From a virus: a stretch of 64,000 nucleotides of DNA. The stretch is taken from positions 96,001 to 160,000 of IMG/VR virus record IMGVR_UViG_3300027709_000056; one strand, 5' to 3'. A program made the translations under genes and the position numbers. The notes below the pieces were generated by a model. That model searched no databases. It worked only from the letters and a program-made list of their open reading frames with translations, and was not told the DNA's origin. Shown in pieces: positions 1 through 9,569 of the stretch; position 1 is the first letter of the stretch; each line of letters starts with the position of its first letter.

Positions 1-50
1 TTTTAAATTAATATTTTTGTCATAGCATACATTTTGAGCCAAACTAATCA

Positions 51-647
51 TTAATATGATCCTCTCATTATAGGCCCTTTGCCTTCATTTATTCTATGCA
101 TACCAGGTTGCTTACTTTGAATATTTAGAACTTTAATGTAAGGATTTTCAACTATTGTTTTAATGTGTGCTACAATGTCATCAACAGTAATACCATTAAG
201 GTGTGGATATTGTTCTAGTTCTCCATTTCCATCTATATGACTTATGTTAATAATTTTTGAATCTAAATAACTATTAAAGAATGCTTTGGCAAAATTAATT
301 TTTTTGTTAGTTAAATTTAATAATTGTTTTTCTAAATCAGCTGTTCCTTCAGGATTATGTAATACAGCTAATCCTAAATAACTTCCTATATTAAGAACTG
401 TATGTTTTATTTTTTTAGTATTACAATATTGATATAAGTCAACTAAAAGTTTGCTGGCTCTAAAACCGTACCCTGGACAAAAATTAATTGTTAGATCATA
501 CTCTTCTGTTTTATCTAAGAATAATTTAATATCAACATCAAAGTTTATATCCCAGCCAGACTCTCTGCTGTAAAAACTAGTAGTATATAGTTTTGCTATT
601 TCTTTTCCTAGCCAATGATTTGGATTACTGGTTATTCTAGCTCTCAT
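51..647 (-). CDS. Hypothetical protein, degenerate short-chain dehydrogenase (Rossmann)-like
   Basis: 198-aa ORF; N-terminal strand plus Gly-containing helix and VLNIGS motif recall SDR fold; canonical catalytic YxxxK not evident. Confidence 0.4.
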   Translation of the reverse strand: MRARITSNPNHWLGKEIAKLYTTSFYSRESGWDINFDVDIKLFLDKTEEYDLTINFCPGYGFRASKLLVDLYQYCNTKKIKHTVLNIGSYLGLAVLHNPEGTADLEKQLLNLTNKKINFAKAFFNSYLDSKIINISHIDGNGELEQYPHLNGITVDDIVAHIKTIVENPYIKVLNIQSKQPGMHRINEGKGPIMRGSY

Positions 648-1524
648 AATTTGCTCTCGTATATGGTAGTATAACAGCAGACGACGAATCTAATATTTTA
701 AATAAAGGTTCTTTATTAGTATTAAGGCTACCAACGTAATAATAAACATTACTTAACCACACGGCTGTTCTTTCATTGCAATTGTATAATAATCTTTCCA
801 GGTCATCTTCACGCCTAATATCACAAAGTCCATACTCTACATTACAATCCTTTAAAAAATTATAGTATTTTTGAACAGTTTCAATGTCTATTTGTTTAAT
901 ATCTTCAACGGTTGCTGAACGTTTTCCTGTATGTAGTACAGGAAGAAACCTATCGTAAACTTCGTTTATATCGTCAGCTTGTATTAGTTCCCTTTGAAAT
1001 TTTAAACTTACAGGACTATAATCATAAAATTCAATATCTTTTATATTATTTTCGTATGCCCATCTAGCCATCATTGTTCCACTAGCTAGGCCAACTAGTC
1101 TGTCATAGTCACCTTCAAGTTTAAAGTACTTTTCAGTATTTTTATAATAGACTCTTTCTTTAACAAGTGGTTCAAATTCTTGTAGTTTCTCTTTTAGCGT
1201 TTCTCTATTATTAGCATTATATAGATCTAAGTAGTCTATAGGATTATCAATGTGAGTAACTGGGTAATCATTAGATAGTCTTTGTTCAAAAACTACTTTT
1301 CCATTTACAGATACAAATACATTCCAACCAAGAGGGCGATCAAGAATAGTATATAGTGTTTTGTCTGTAAACAAACATCCTTCTTGTATTTTTATATAAG
1401 GGAATTTAGGTTCTTTAGCATTACCTACAACAGTAAATGGAGCGTTCATAGGATTTATTATACCACAGAAGGTAAGTGTTTCCTCTAGATACTTGTCTTC
1501 AATGTTGTCAATATATACATTCAT
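637..1524 (-). CDS. Hypothetical protein, possible SAM-binding fold in C-terminal half
   Basis: 295-aa ORF; LVGLASG followed by IEFYDYS resembles methyltransferase motifs I/II. Confidence 0.35.
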   Translation of the reverse strand: MNVYIDNIEDKYLEETLTFCGIINPMNAPFTVVGNAKEPKFPYIKIQEGCLFTDKTLYTILDRPLGWNVFVSVNGKVVFEQRLSNDYPVTHIDNPIDYLDLYNANNRETLKEKLQEFEPLVKERVYYKNTEKYFKLEGDYDRLVGLASGTMMARWAYENNIKDIEFYDYSPVSLKFQRELIQADDINEVYDRFLPVLHTGKRSATVEDIKQIDIETVQKYYNFLKDCNVEYGLCDIRREDDLERLLYNCNERTAVWLSNVYYYVGSLNTNKEPLFKILDSSSAVILPYTRANYES

Positions 1525-1537
1525 CCGTTTTTGTCTT

Positions 1538-1545
1538 TATAAATA
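1538..1545 (+). promoter_or_regulatory. T4-type late promoter (TATAAATA)
   Basis: Exact T4 gp55 consensus TATAAATA 22 nt upstream of ATG at 1568; a TAAATA on the minus strand at 1553-1558 faces the divergent gene. Confidence 0.65.
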
Positions 1546-1567
1546 TTACACATATTTAAGGTAAAAC

Positions 1568-2056
1568 ATGGAATTTTTTAGCAGAACTGATATAAAGGTA
1601 GATCTTAATAGGATTACTAATGACTATTTGGACAACAAGGATACGTGGCCTTGGTCACACAATAAGGTTGCTATTAATAATCATACTGGTTCACCCGACG
1701 AAACTGATACAAAATATAAACTTGTCTATACAGAATATAAATTTATAAATCCAATATTCAAAAATTCTATCTGGGAAGAAACAATTAATCAATTACCGAT
1801 TAAAAAAGGTAGAGCAAGACTACAAATTATGAAACCGTTTAGCATTTTAACTGCACATAGAGACTTTGAACAAAGATATCACCTTGCTATTAAAACAGAC
1901 CCAGCTTGTCTATTTGTTGATGTTAATGAAAATAAAACTTACCATATTCCTGCTGATGGATATTTTTATAAAGTTAATACTATGAAACTCCATACAGTAT
2001 TCAATGCCAGTAATAATTGTGACAGGCTTCATTTAGTTGTGAGCGAATATGTATAA
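1568..2056 (+). CDS. 2OG-Fe(II) oxygenase (aspartyl/asparaginyl beta-hydroxylase-like)
   Basis: HRD ... HTVFN ... R facial-triad pattern with jelly-roll spacing. Confidence 0.75.
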   Translation: MEFFSRTDIKVDLNRITNDYLDNKDTWPWSHNKVAINNHTGSPDETDTKYKLVYTEYKFINPIFKNSIWEETINQLPIKKGRARLQIMKPFSILTAHRDFEQRYHLAIKTDPACLFVDVNENKTYHIPADGYFYKVNTMKLHTVFNASNNCDRLHLVVSEYV

Positions 2057-2324
2057 TACATTTTTGAATATAGAGCTTTCTAAGGAGTTTGATCTTGATG
2101 CCACTGATGAAAGTATATCTTGGTCTAAAAAAGCAGATCTAGTGTCTATAGTTAATCAATATATTACTAATAAGCAACTAGTAGAAATATTAAAGGTAAA
2201 CGAGGATTATGTATTTACTTGGGATAATCAAGATAGTTATAAAAAATTTATAACCGAAAACCTATTTGTAGAAATGTTCTTTTTGTTAAAGAATTCAGGG
2301 GTGTTTATTTCATGGAAGGAATAG
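2049..2324 (+). CDS. Hypothetical protein
   Basis: 91-aa ORF overlapping the stop of the oxygenase gene. Confidence 0.55.
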   Translation: MYNTFLNIELSKEFDLDATDESISWSKKADLVSIVNQYITNKQLVEILKVNEDYVFTWDNQDSYKKFITENLFVEMFFLLKNSGVFISWKE

Positions 2325-2637
2325 CAGTACTTCTATATTGAGCTTCAACTTCGTTAGGCCAGAACCAAACAGTATCAACAATATTCTTAATATCTAAGTT
2401 TTCAATGTAGTTCTCTATTGATCGTTTCATGTCATCAGTAGGACTTACAGCATATATCGTTGTAATAGTTCCGCCCCAGTCAGTAAAGCCACTTCTTAAC
2501 ATCTGTTTCCAACCAAAGACAGTTGCATCAAGTTCAGCAAAAGTATCATCAATAGATATGACTACTACGTTGTGTATTTTATTTGATAATTGTGATTCGT
2601 CTGGAATAGACCAAAATACTGTTATGTCATTACGCAT
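2305..2637 (-). CDS. Hypothetical protein
   Basis: 110-aa ORF preceded by a TAAATA motif at 2643-2648. Confidence 0.55.
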   Translation of the reverse strand: MRNDITVFWSIPDESQLSNKIHNVVVISIDDTFAELDATVFGWKQMLRSGFTDWGGTITTIYAVSPTDDMKRSIENYIENLDIKNIVDTVWFWPNEVEAQYRSTAIPSMK

Positions 2638-2680
2638 AAAAATATTTATGTTTGATATATTTTGGATTTAGTGATTATGA

Positions 2681-4054
2681 TTAAGTGTGTAAGTCTACCC
2701 AAGCTACGCCTGTACGTCCTTGGAATTTATTATCGGTAGTATTATAAATTATCATACCAGCCGCCGGAGTTAATGCATCTCTTTCAACAGTTGTTAGGTT
2801 ACCAAATTTTGTATAACCGCTTACTATTGCATCACCATTTACATCGAGGTTAGCACTTGCTTCTTCTTGGTTAACAGCCATTCGACCCCTGGAATCAAAA
2901 TTAAATTTCTTAATTGCATCACCATCAACACCAGACGCTACAAGAATATGAATCTTTTGATCAAGTCTATCAACTGCAATAGTTCCGTTTGGATCAACCT
3001 GTGCAAGTATAGTACTTATTTGTCTATTATTATTTCCTGGACTATCTTGTCCTGAAAAAGCATAACCGCCTAGAATGTCACCAGCAACGAGCTGTGTTGG
3101 AGTTTCAATAGATCCTTTATAACCTTCTAACTCCATTCTTCGAAGATCAGGTAATCCAGTTTTAACATCTGCAACATTTGAAGGTGTTGCTGTTAGTGTA
3201 GCAACAATCAGCGGTGCTTTATCTAAGCTACCTGGCCAAATTGTAAGTCCACCAAAATCGCCTGCCGCCGGTCTAGCATCAAGCATCGTATGTCCACTAA
3301 GGTTAGTAGCACCAAAAACGGCTCCACTATTCATTACCATAGTGTTGTTAATAGCATCTATAACTATTGATGAATCGTCATTAAAGACTGATCCTAAAAC
3401 ATCACCTGTTAAACTTCCAGTAATTTGATTTGCTTGTATATTACCTGCAAACGTTCCATCATTTGCTGTAACATTTTTTGTTGTAGCATTATAAAAATTT
3501 GAATTGTCAGCGGCATCTACATCACCTGTAAGTTTACCACTAGCATTTAAGGCTCCAGTTGCTTTATTAAGTAAGACAGTACTATCGTCTCCAACAACAT
3601 TAGCATTAATAACTGCGGCACTAATATCGTCGTTAACGTGTACAGTTTTAAACCAACCTTGATTAAATCTTGATGTTCCAGCACCAATGTTTCTTGCACC
3701 ATCTACGTCTGGAATAATATGACTTTCTACTTTCGCAGTAAAGGCAACAGTATCAGTTGAAGCGTCACCTATATTAAGGTTTCCACCAAGTGTAAGATTA
3801 CCATCTGCTGTAATGTTACCTGTTATAGTAATGTTACCAGTAGTATTAATGTTACCAGTACCTACTAAATCAAAGTTATTTAAATCAACATTGGAACCAT
3901 AAGCCGTTCCAGCTGTGTCAACTGGGTTCCCACCAACAGTTAAACCATCGCCTATATATAGTCTTTTGGTGTCTGTAGTGTAGACTAATTCACCATCTGC
4001 TGGTGTAATTAACCCTCGTTCGCTGTCTGTTCCTCTGCGTAATCTTAAAGCCAT
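2681..4054 (-). CDS. Tail fibre / baseplate-associated virion protein with Mtd_N (hyaluronidase-like) N-terminal domain
   Basis: MALRLRRGT...DGELVYTTDTKRLYIGDG start; Gly/Asn/Thr-rich beta repeats; C-terminal GMIIYNTTDNKFQG motif. Confidence 0.75.
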   Translation of the reverse strand: MALRLRRGTDSERGLITPADGELVYTTDTKRLYIGDGLTVGGNPVDTAGTAYGSNVDLNNFDLVGTGNINTTGNITITGNITADGNLTLGGNLNIGDASTDTVAFTAKVESHIIPDVDGARNIGAGTSRFNQGWFKTVHVNDDISAAVINANVVGDDSTVLLNKATGALNASGKLTGDVDAADNSNFYNATTKNVTANDGTFAGNIQANQITGSLTGDVLGSVFNDDSSIVIDAINNTMVMNSGAVFGATNLSGHTMLDARPAAGDFGGLTIWPGSLDKAPLIVATLTATPSNVADVKTGLPDLRRMELEGYKGSIETPTQLVAGDILGGYAFSGQDSPGNNNRQISTILAQVDPNGTIAVDRLDQKIHILVASGVDGDAIKKFNFDSRGRMAVNQEEASANLDVNGDAIVSGYTKFGNLTTVERDALTPAAGMIIYNTTDNKFQGRTGVAWVDLHT

Positions 4055-4083
4055 TTAATATTCACTCCTGGATATCTTACTAG

Positions 4084-4090
4084 TATTTAT
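4084..4090 (-). promoter_or_regulatory. Late-type promoter ATAAATA
   Basis: Minus-strand CATAAATAC in intergenic gap upstream of tail fibre gene. Confidence 0.6.
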
Positions 4091-4104
4091 GCCGTTAAAC
4101 ATAT

Positions 4105-4425
4105 TTATTTGTTCTTCTTCAAGAAGCCTTTGGTACGCTTTTGCACATCCTTTTTCACACGATCTGTATCTACCCTGAAATCGATGTGCTTGATGCTATT
4201 ATCATAGCCAGTAAATAGCTCGTGTAGAGTACGTTCAAGCTTCTGTAAAGGGTTATTTTTTGAGTTCCCGTCTTTTACAAGTATATCCCAGATTTTGCCA
4301 TTCCCGAATTCAACCCTTACAGAGTGTAAGTATTGGAGAGGAATGGCTTTAATATCTATATCTTTAAATACTTCTGGCCACTTGTTAATGACATCTTGCG
4401 GTAGCCTCTTCTTAGGCTTTGCCAC
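4105..4425 (-). CDS. Hypothetical protein
   Basis: 106-aa ORF coupled to upstream gene. Confidence 0.7.
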   Translation of the reverse strand: MAKPKKRLPQDVINKWPEVFKDIDIKAIPLQYLHSVRVEFGNGKIWDILVKDGNSKNNPLQKLERTLHELFTGYDNSIKHIDFRVDTDRVKKDVQKRTKGFLKKNK

Positions 4426-5011
4426 TGGCTTTAGCTTTAGTGCTAGGGCTCAGCTTTTCAGCATCTTTACGAAGCTGTTCCGCTTCTTTAAACAATGCGT
4501 CAGCATCTTTACGCATATTAGTAGCTAAATCTTCGTCTGATAAAGCCTTTTCTTTAGTGGTTACAACATCATCTACCGTTGCAGATGGTACAGACTGAAC
4601 TGTGCCTACTTCTTCTACACTAGATTGGTTAACCGCTAAATCTTTAACTTGTACGCCTTTTTGTTCAGCAATTTGACGATTGATTTCATCAAGGCCTATT
4701 GCTACTTGCGTATTAGGTGTCATTTCAATGTCAGCGGTACTAACCTTAACTAGGTTTCCTGCTGTATGAAAACGTGCTAACATAATACTACCATCGGTTA
4801 ATGGTGTACGTTGCATCGCATCTGCTAACTCATGTGCCGTTTGACCAGCATTACTTTCGATTAAATTCATCAAAGTATCATGGTCTTCGTCTTTTAAGTT
4901 TTCAGTTTGACAAACTAATGCACTATCAGGGTCGTCTGGTAAAGTACGAAATACAACCGCACATTTACGTTTGCTTTTTTTGTACCGACCAATGTGTTTT
5001 AAATCAGCCAT
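4412..5011 (-). CDS. Hypothetical protein with C-terminal coiled coil
   Basis: 199-aa ORF; TAATG overlap at 5011. Confidence 0.75.
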   Translation of the reverse strand: MADLKHIGRYKKSKRKCAVVFRTLPDDPDSALVCQTENLKDEDHDTLMNLIESNAGQTAHELADAMQRTPLTDGSIMLARFHTAGNLVKVSTADIEMTPNTQVAIGLDEINRQIAEQKGVQVKDLAVNQSSVEEVGTVQSVPSATVDDVVTTKEKALSDEDLATNMRKDADALFKEAEQLRKDAEKLSPSTKAKASGKA

Positions 5012-5367
5012 TATTTGTCTCCTGTTGGAGTAGCTGGCTTGGCTGGTGTTGCCGGAGCATTACCTTGTGCCGCTACTTGTTGATTTTGTATACTAGTTAG
5101 AAATGTTTCTAACTTGGTATACGTTTTGCCAATTGCTTCTAGTTCGTTGGCTTTAAAGGCCCCACGACTTTGAGCAACTTCGATAATTGTTTTCAGTACT
5201 CCTAAATCTTGAACAGTGAGTTCAGGATTGCCTGCTGGGGGAGCCCCGTCGGGCCCTGGAGTAGCTGAAGGATTTGTAACGCCTGGAGCCGTAGGTGCTA
5301 CTGGTGCCGCCTGAGGCGGAGTTGCACTAGTACCTTCTGGTGCCATCGCTTGTTTTCCATCTGACAT
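5011..5367 (-). CDS. Pro/Ala-rich hypothetical protein
   Basis: 118-aa ORF with SD AGGAG; disordered ends around a central helical core; TAAATA motif at 5411-5416. Confidence 0.75.
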   Translation of the reverse strand: MSDGKQAMAPEGTSATPPQAAPVAPTAPGVTNPSATPGPDGAPPAGNPELTVQDLGVLKTIIEVAQSRGAFKANELEAIGKTYTKLETFLTSIQNQQVAAQGNAPATPAKPATPTGDK

Positions 5368-5416
5368 ATATGTTCTCCTTTAATAGTCTTGTATAGTTAT
5401 ATACGTATATTATTTA

Positions 5417-5755
5417 TTAATACTTTAAATGTGGACACGCCAACATGAAATATGAAAGCTCTTTTGGGTCTTCAAAACCGAGATTAATCATGGTGTTTAT
5501 TGTGTTGTCATTATCTATAGCTACCTTTTTGCCTATAAAAAATCTGCTCTTTAAGTTCTTTAGTATCCATTTTGCCATAGCCTCTTCCAAATTGTAATTT
5601 TGTTTGAGTGTAATATATTCAAAATGAGGTGGAGCCACAGACAGTTGTCTTAGCTCAAAAAAGTTTAAGGCATTTGGTTGCCCTGTTTTATGTAGCATTA
5701 TATCTTGCATTCCTTTAAATGTATTTGGTTGTTTCTTTTTTTGCCCACCCTTCAC
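5417..5755 (-). CDS. Hypothetical protein (true start probably 5710 or 5698)
   Basis: ORF; the first 15 codons overlap the upstream gene and are probably not translated. Confidence 0.65.
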   Translation of the reverse strand: MKGGQKKKQPNTFKGMQDIMLHKTGQPNALNFFELRQLSVAPPHFEYITLKQNYNLEEAMAKWILKNLKSRFFIGKKVAIDNDNTINTMINLGFEDPKELSYFMLACPHLKY

Positions 5756-5921
5756 CAGACAGATCTGCTAATGGATCTTTTATTTCTTTAATGTTAGTAA
5801 CTAGGTTAGGCGCAAATCGTTGTTCTATATCTGTTCCTGTATCGCTATAAACAAAGGATTTAATAGTCCTAACTTTAGATGGATGCATATATTTTAGTTT
5901 AAAACTCCAAGCCTTTGTCAT
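5715..5921 (-). CDS. Hypothetical protein
   Basis: 68-aa ORF, ATGA overlap with VWA gene stop. Confidence 0.55.
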   Translation of the reverse strand: MTKAWSFKLKYMHPSKVRTIKSFVYSDTGTDIEQRFAPNLVTNIKEIKDPLADLSGEGWAKKETTKYI

Positions 5922-7219
5922 TTTGAGTCTTCGTAGTGTGCCGTAACTCCGAATGGTGCCTTTAAGTTCTTGTCATGATGTCCGTGAATGATGAATACTG
6001 TTTCACAGTAGTTTTCATCACCCCAGCTATCCCAAGGATAACCATCTGTAAACATTATGAAACGTTTTGGATTAATACCGTTCTCTTCCATATATTTCCA
6101 ATTCGCCATAAAGTCTGTTCCGCCACCGCCTTTAATTTCGTAGTGTTCAAGTTCACTACCATTATCAGCAGTAAAGTCTGCTTCGTTATATACTTTAGTA
6201 TCAAAGCACCATAGCTTAATTCTGTAGTCCTGGTACTCTTGCATAATGCCTTGTACTTCACTTAGAAACACTTTAGCTTGATCGTTTCCAATTGATCCAC
6301 TCATATCAATTCCAATACAAATATCAATAGTTGTATCAAAAGTCATACCTGGAAGAATTGCTCCCGTGTGCCATCCTTTACGTGAAGGACGTTGGAAAGA
6401 ATAATCATTTTTAATAGTGCTTTGGATCTGTTGACGTAACAGTTCACGCCAGTTCATTTTAGGTTCAGTAAGTTCTTTAATAAAACGATCAACTTCACCA
6501 GGAACATTACCAGCACCTGCGGCCTGTGCCGCCCCTAGCATACTTTCCTTAACTTCATCACGGATTTTACGAAGTTCGTCTTTAGAATATTTTGGCGGTC
6601 CTTTTTTGTCTTTCTTCTTGTTCTTTTTATCTTTAGAATTAGATGGGCTTTTATTTTCGTTATCTTTATCCCAATCAATATGATCATCAAGCAACTCGCC
6701 TAATTGCTCAAGTTCTTCTTCATCATATTTCTTATAAAGCTCATCGTAAACTTTCTCACTAGTCCAACCTTCATATTTGAAGTCTTGGAAAATTTGTATA
6801 TCTTTTGGTTTTGTTCCGATTGAATCACGCACCAAAGTATTATTAACAATATAATCTGATGCAATATTATGAACCTGTGGATCTCTATCTTCACGTCTTG
6901 TCATATGATCAAAAACGCAATGAAGAATTTCGTGGGCTATAACAAACTCAATTTCTTTGTTTGTCATTTTAGCGAAAAACTGTGAATTATAAAATAAGTG
7001 TCTACCGTCAGTTGCGGCAGTTCCACACCAGTCATCACATTCTTTTATAATAAGCCTTGTAGCCATATTACCAAAAAATGGGTGGCGTAAAAGTAATCCA
7101 ACTCGTGCTACGATAATTTTGTCCAAAACTTCAGCTCGAAGATCTTTCAATTCTTCTGGTGAAAGTTTAACTTCTTCTGTTTTTGGTTTGTCTAAAGTAA
7201 TTGTAGTCATCTGTGCCAT
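5918..7219 (-). CDS. Metallopeptidase-VWA protein (DUF2201-type), partner of MoxR-like ATPase
   Basis: HEILH zincin motif; DMSGS MIDAS motif; GGGGTDF and TDG VWA motifs. Confidence 0.85.
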   Translation of the reverse strand: MAQMTTITLDKPKTEEVKLSPEELKDLRAEVLDKIIVARVGLLLRHPFFGNMATRLIIKECDDWCGTAATDGRHLFYNSQFFAKMTNKEIEFVIAHEILHCVFDHMTRREDRDPQVHNIASDYIVNNTLVRDSIGTKPKDIQIFQDFKYEGWTSEKVYDELYKKYDEEELEQLGELLDDHIDWDKDNENKSPSNSKDKKNKKKDKKGPPKYSKDELRKIRDEVKESMLGAAQAAGAGNVPGEVDRFIKELTEPKMNWRELLRQQIQSTIKNDYSFQRPSRKGWHTGAILPGMTFDTTIDICIGIDMSGSIGNDQAKVFLSEVQGIMQEYQDYRIKLWCFDTKVYNEADFTADNGSELEHYEIKGGGGTDFMANWKYMEENGINPKRFIMFTDGYPWDSWGDENYCETVFIIHGHHDKNLKAPFGVTAHYEDSK

Positions 7220-7243
7220 TCCTCAATTTCTTATTATATGTAT

Positions 7244-7272
7244 ATTATACTATATTTAATGTTCATTGTCAA
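7244..7272 (-). promoter_or_regulatory. sigma70-type promoter
   Basis: TTGACA-17 nt-TATAAT, perfect consensus, upstream of 7219. Confidence 0.85.
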
Positions 7273-7275
7273 CCG

Positions 7276-7310
7276 AAAAATGGAAGGGGATTAATTAAAA
7301 TCCCCCTCCA
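7276..7310 (-). terminator. Intrinsic terminator after AAA ATPase gene
   Basis: 12-bp stem TGGAGGGGGATT/AATCCCCTTCCA (one G:U), 6-nt loop, followed by TTTTT on minus strand. Confidence 0.75.
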
Positions 7311-7321
7311 AATGACGCCTG

Positions 7322-8416
7322 TTAGGCCGACGCCTCGCCTTGTGCGGCTTTAATATACTTGCCAAAACGTTCATGGAACTCATCAAAACATTCAACTTCG
7401 TCTGGATCGATTGGAAGTTGATATTGTGTAAGAGCTAATTTGATACCCATAACTACTAGTTCAGTATCAAAGTTGTCCATTGCGAACCTTAAGAAGTTAT
7501 TAACTTTGTCATCAAACTTCTTATCGTTCTTATCACAAGCTTCTTTAAGCTCGTAGCATAAAGAGACTGTTAAGGAATACATGGCACTGATTTCTTTAGT
7601 CTCTAGCTTCTTAACCTTCGCAGTAAGAATGTCGCTTGGGTTAGGAAGATCTGCGGCTACTTTTCTGTGAGCCATGAATTTTACAGCAAGTCCTTCGCCT
7701 ACTGCACCACTAACTAAATCTGTAGTGGTGTTCTCATCGTCGTCATCTTCCAAAAGTTCGGAAACAAACGACCAAGAACGGGGTGTAGCAAATGAACGAC
7801 TCGGTGATTTTGGATCAAAATCATATAAGTCCTTCTTGCTAAATGTTAGGTAACCAACTACATCCTGGTGTTGGTTGTTTTTTACTGCCCACTCAAACCA
7901 GTCATCAAAATCAACTTTAAGTTCTAAGTGAACAAAACGGTTAGCCAACGGAGCAGGCATTCTATATGTAACGCCTTTATCAGCTTCTCTATTACCCGCC
8001 GCAACGATCAAAACGTTGTCAGGTAATACATAAGTGCCAACCCTACGATTTAGGATTAACTGATAAGCCGCCGCCTGTACTGCTGGTGCCGCCGAATTCA
8101 TTTCATCCAAAAACACAATAATATATTTGTGCTTTTTAGCCATCTTAGCATCTGGCAATTCGCTTGGGGGTGCCCAAACCATTGTACCTTGCTTTGAATC
8201 GAAATAAGGGATACCTTTAATGTCTGTTGGTTCCCATAAGCTCAAACGTATATCGATAACGTGAGCTTCCATATTATCGCCGATCTGTTTAACGATGTCT
8301 GATTTTCCAATACCTGGGGGACCCCAGATAAAGATTGGACGTTTCTTTTTAAATGCTCTGACAACACTTGCCTTTGCATTATTTGGACTTACTTGCCTTA
8401 CTGCTAGATTTTCCAT
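7322..8416 (-). CDS. MoxR-like AAA+ ATPase
   Basis: Walker A GPPGIGKS, Walker B VFLDEMN, AAGN sensor, PLANRF arginine finger. Confidence 0.9.
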   Translation of the reverse strand: MENLAVRQVSPNNAKASVVRAFKKKRPIFIWGPPGIGKSDIVKQIGDNMEAHVIDIRLSLWEPTDIKGIPYFDSKQGTMVWAPPSELPDAKMAKKHKYIIVFLDEMNSAAPAVQAAAYQLILNRRVGTYVLPDNVLIVAAGNREADKGVTYRMPAPLANRFVHLELKVDFDDWFEWAVKNNQHQDVVGYLTFSKKDLYDFDPKSPSRSFATPRSWSFVSELLEDDDDENTTTDLVSGAVGEGLAVKFMAHRKVAADLPNPSDILTAKVKKLETKEISAMYSLTVSLCYELKEACDKNDKKFDDKVNNFLRFAMDNFDTELVVMGIKLALTQYQLPIDPDEVECFDEFHERFGKYIKAAQGEASA

Positions 8417-8471
8417 TTATTTGTACTCCTTCTTTTGCCTTTGTTATGTTCAGTGCCTTATTGTTATATAC

Positions 8472-8500
8472 ATTATACGTTCATTATCGTCAAAGGTCAA
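8472..8500 (-). promoter_or_regulatory. sigma70-type promoter
   Basis: TTGACC-17 nt-TATAAT upstream of 8416. Confidence 0.8.
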
Positions 8501-8551
8501 CCAGAATCTGCGAAAAAAGTGTGGTTTTTTAAGAAAAAATATGTAATAAAA

Positions 8552-8947
8552 TCAAGAGTTTACAGTTTCATTTGTCCGTTTTAGAGCTTTATTCAATCCA
8601 TATTTTCGGACATCTCCTGAAAATAGATGTAATTCGAGTGCTTTTTTCTCGTTTAAAACTGTAACACTTCTATTAGTAAGGTAATATGGACAATCTATAA
8701 ACTTATCCAAAAAAATTACAATTTGGGTAGTCACTTTAAAGTTCTCTGGAAATGGAACTTCGTAATTTGTTAACTCTAACTTATTCACAGTAAAGTCTAA
8801 TCCGTCTTCAGTTAATCGTAATCCTCCAACTTTTTTTGCTCTAGTATTCTGCCACCACATAGGCATATATTCTTTTAATGTACTTTCATTAATTGAGATG
8901 CCTGCTTGTTTTAAGAATACCTTGGTATAGGTTTCTTTTAAGTTCAT
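8552..8947 (-). CDS. Hypothetical protein
   Basis: 131-aa ORF, ATGA coupling. Confidence 0.7.
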   Translation of the reverse strand: MNLKETYTKVFLKQAGISINESTLKEYMPMWWQNTRAKKVGGLRLTEDGLDFTVNKLELTNYEVPFPENFKVTTQIVIFLDKFIDCPYYLTNRSVTVLNEKKALELHLFSGDVRKYGLNKALKRTNETVNS

Positions 8948-9234
8948 TTTTCTACTACTGTTTCACCAGATACTAGTTTGACTACTGTAAAATCTTCAGA
9001 GTTAAAAAGATCATTAAGTTTCTTTGCAAGGTTGTGAGCATGACCAGGATTACTAAAACTAACCTTCTTATATTTTGGCCCTGGATAATTTGTTAATACA
9101 TTTGACGATTTTAAATTGAATGGTTTGTTTTTGTGGAAAACCGCCCATATGGCTTCTGCATCCAAAACTTGTTCTGAACGATAAGTTTTCTTATTAACGT
9201 GCTCTAATATTATCTCTGGCTTTGGCCTACTCAT
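8944..9234 (-). CDS. Hypothetical protein
   Basis: 96-aa ORF; GATAAATA motif at 9261-9268 upstream. Confidence 0.7.
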   Translation of the reverse strand: MSRPKPEIILEHVNKKTYRSEQVLDAEAIWAVFHKNKPFNLKSSNVLTNYPGPKYKKVSFSNPGHAHNLAKKLNDLFNSEDFTVVKLVSGETVVEK

Positions 9235-9326
9235 AATTTATTCCTGTTATCTACTACTATTATTTATCTCAATATAGCAGTTATATACGCAGTTTACTTT
9301 ACGAGTAAAACTATGTTATAGAGGGG

Positions 9327-9569
9327 TTATTTCCAGTCTCCGCCGCCATCCATTGTAACGTTAACGACATCTTCTGTTTTATTAGCTTGATCTATTAGCT
9401 TTTCTAAATCACCGTGTAATCTAGACATTACACTAGCTATTGTGAATGCGAGGTTTTTAGCTTCTTTTAATTCTATTTTAACTTCAACTTGCTTAGAGTT
9501 ATCGGCAACCTTTACTTTATCAATAAATTGTTGTAAAGGAATAGTGTTTAAAGGTTTAACGGTTTGCAC
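9327..9569 (-). CDS. Hypothetical protein
   Basis: 80-aa ORF in operon. Confidence 0.6.
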   Translation of the reverse strand: MQTVKPLNTIPLQQFIDKVKVADNSKQVEVKIELKEAKNLAFTIASVMSRLHGDLEKLIDQANKTEDVVNVTMDGGGDWK

